A model generated the notes under the pieces. It ran no database searches. It was not told the origin of the DNA and was given only the letters and a program-made list of their open reading frames with translations. Position numbers and translations under genes: made by a program. From a virus (Duplodnaviria > Caudoviricetes), in the IMG/VR virus record IMGVR_UViG_3300020709_000001, positions 1 through 57,964 of that record: a DNA stretch of 57,964 nucleotides. One strand, given 5' to 3'. This document shows positions 56,493 to 57,964 of this stretch, in pieces. Numbering within the stretch: position 1 is the stretch's first letter; each line of letters starts with the position of its first letter.

Positions 56493-57858
56493 TTATGCTC
56501 CTAATTGTGCTTCTAAAGCGGTTACTTTTGCGTTGAGTTCTTGAATAGCTTTAATCATTGCTGGAACTAAAGCTGACGCATCCACTTGCCAAGGTTTATC
56601 AATAGAACCATCTTCATTATCAATTCCTTGTGTTACAGCTTCAGGTGCAACATCATTTAATTCTTGAGCAATAAGTCCAAAATCAACTTGTTGTTTATTT
56701 GAAATCCAGTCAAAACTGCGAATTTTTACATTTGCTAATTTTGCCAAGCCTGAACCAGCATCAACAATATTTTCTTTTAATCGTTGGTCAGAAGTTGCGT
56801 TGTAAAGTGTATTTGTTCCGTTGTAAGTAATAGAACCAACAGCACTAAATGTTGCTCCTGAACCAAAATAATGCAAATATCTTGTTCCAGATGTTCCTTG
56901 ATTCCATGCTGTAAAACATTGAATTGCTGATGTTGCTGATGTTGAAGAAATGCCAGCACCACTACCAAAAACACCATTAACAAAGAAGGCACCATTACCA
57001 TCAATTACCATTCTAGGATTACCATCACCATCAGATAACACAATGTAGTTACTTGCTGTACGGATGTCTAGACCGCCTTGGTTGCCTGTATAAGCACCAA
57101 GAATTGTATTTTTAGAACCAGTTGAAACTAAATAACCAGAACCTACACCAATAAATGTGTTGTATTGTCCAGTTGTTTGTTGTCCAGCAAAATAACCAAC
57201 GCCTGTATTTGAAATACTTGTAGTATTACTATAAAAGGCTTGATAACCTACTGCTGTGTTGTTAGATGCGGTGGTGTTGTTTCCAAGTGCTGAATGACCA
57301 AGGGCAGTATTATAGCTACCAGTTGTATAAGCACTAGCAAAATAACCTAATGAACCATAACCAATAGCTGTCGAATATGAACCAGTTGTAAGTCCATAAC
57401 CAGCAGCTAAACCAACTGCCGTATTTTGTGTGCCAGTAGTATTGCTATAACCAGCCTGATAACCTACTGCTGTGTTATTAGATGCGGTGGTGTTTGAAAC
57501 TAATGCTGCGTAACCTATTGCAGTATTGTTTGCACCAGTTGAATTTGTATATAAAGCGCCATTACCAAATGCGCTGTTGTTTGCACCAGTTGTAGAATAT
57601 GCTGACTGATATCCTACTGCTGTATTTGCGTTTGATGTGCTATTTGTATATAAAGCACCTAAACCAATTGCAGTATTTTGTGTGCCTGTTGTGTTGGAGT
57701 ACCCAGCCTGATAACCTACTGCTGTGTTATTAGAGGCGGTGGTGTTGTTATATAAAGCCTGAATTCCTAAAGCAACATTATAAGAACCTGTTGTACTGAA
57801 ATTCATTGCATTTAAACCCATTGCAATGTTGTATGAGCCAGTTGTGTTAGCTGGCATA
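56493..57858 (-). CDS. Tail fibre, C-terminal part with a peptidase S74 intramolecular chaperone
   Basis: TSDQRLKENI...GLIAQE...P.AV...KAIQEL coiled coil; continuation of the ORF starting at 1271. Confidence 0.88.
57241..57746. repeat. Three of five copies of the 38-bp tail-fibre repeat (57241, 57457, 57709)
   Basis: Same 38-mer as at 154-191 with 0-1 mismatch. Confidence 0.9.
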
Positions 57859-57964
57859 GCTCCAGCACCAAAAGCAGAGTTTTGTGTTCCGCTAGTGTTT
57901 GCTTTTAAAGCCGTGTAACCAAAAGCGGTATTATAGTTTCCAGTATTTGCATAAAGAGCCTGAT
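57859..57964. repeat. Terminal overlap identical to 1-106
   Basis: Exact sequence match. Confidence 0.97.

Noticed and set aside
56493-57858. Diversity-generating retroelement acting on the tail fibre
   Set aside because: No reverse transcriptase, and no template/variable repeat pair with adenine-specific mismatches
57859-57964. Biological direct terminal repeat
   Set aside because: It falls mid-gene in the tail fibre and restores the reading frame when merged, as expected for an assembler overlap
1-57964. Specific host assignment (freshwater betaproteobacterium)
   Set aside because: Gene content and the GH108 endolysin with a spanin suggest a Gram-negative aquatic host, but nothing in the sequence fixes the genus without a database search

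Overview
This window is a complete, circularly assembled genome of a tailed dsDNA phage. It has 57,858 unique bp; bases 1-106 are repeated at 57859-57964 and the join falls inside a tail-fibre gene. The architecture is podovirus-like and apparently lytic: no integrase, tape-measure gene or tRNA was seen. The minus strand carries virion and lysis genes (about 42056-57858, 1-18795, plus terS). The plus strand carries early, replication and nucleotide-metabolism genes (about 22728-42071) and, unusually, terL. Family calls are from motifs recognised by eye, with no database search. Highlights: (1) two tandem 3-His cupins with thiol-dioxygenase-like spacing lie beside two ejection-type proteins that are Cys-rich and almost devoid of Asp, a candidate Cys-to-sulfinate protein-modification system; (2) a gene-cassette array delimited by eight copies of an 18-bp stop/start repeat, with shuffled internal modules; (3) a canonical hammerhead ribozyme; (4) a nucleotide-remodelling gene set with an atypical ThyX; (5) a fixed-spacing operator family with a stand-alone IclR-like HTH; (6) a predicted antisense RNA over the primase start; (7) an H-type pseudoknot; (8) a bidirectional, leaderless promoter for terL.
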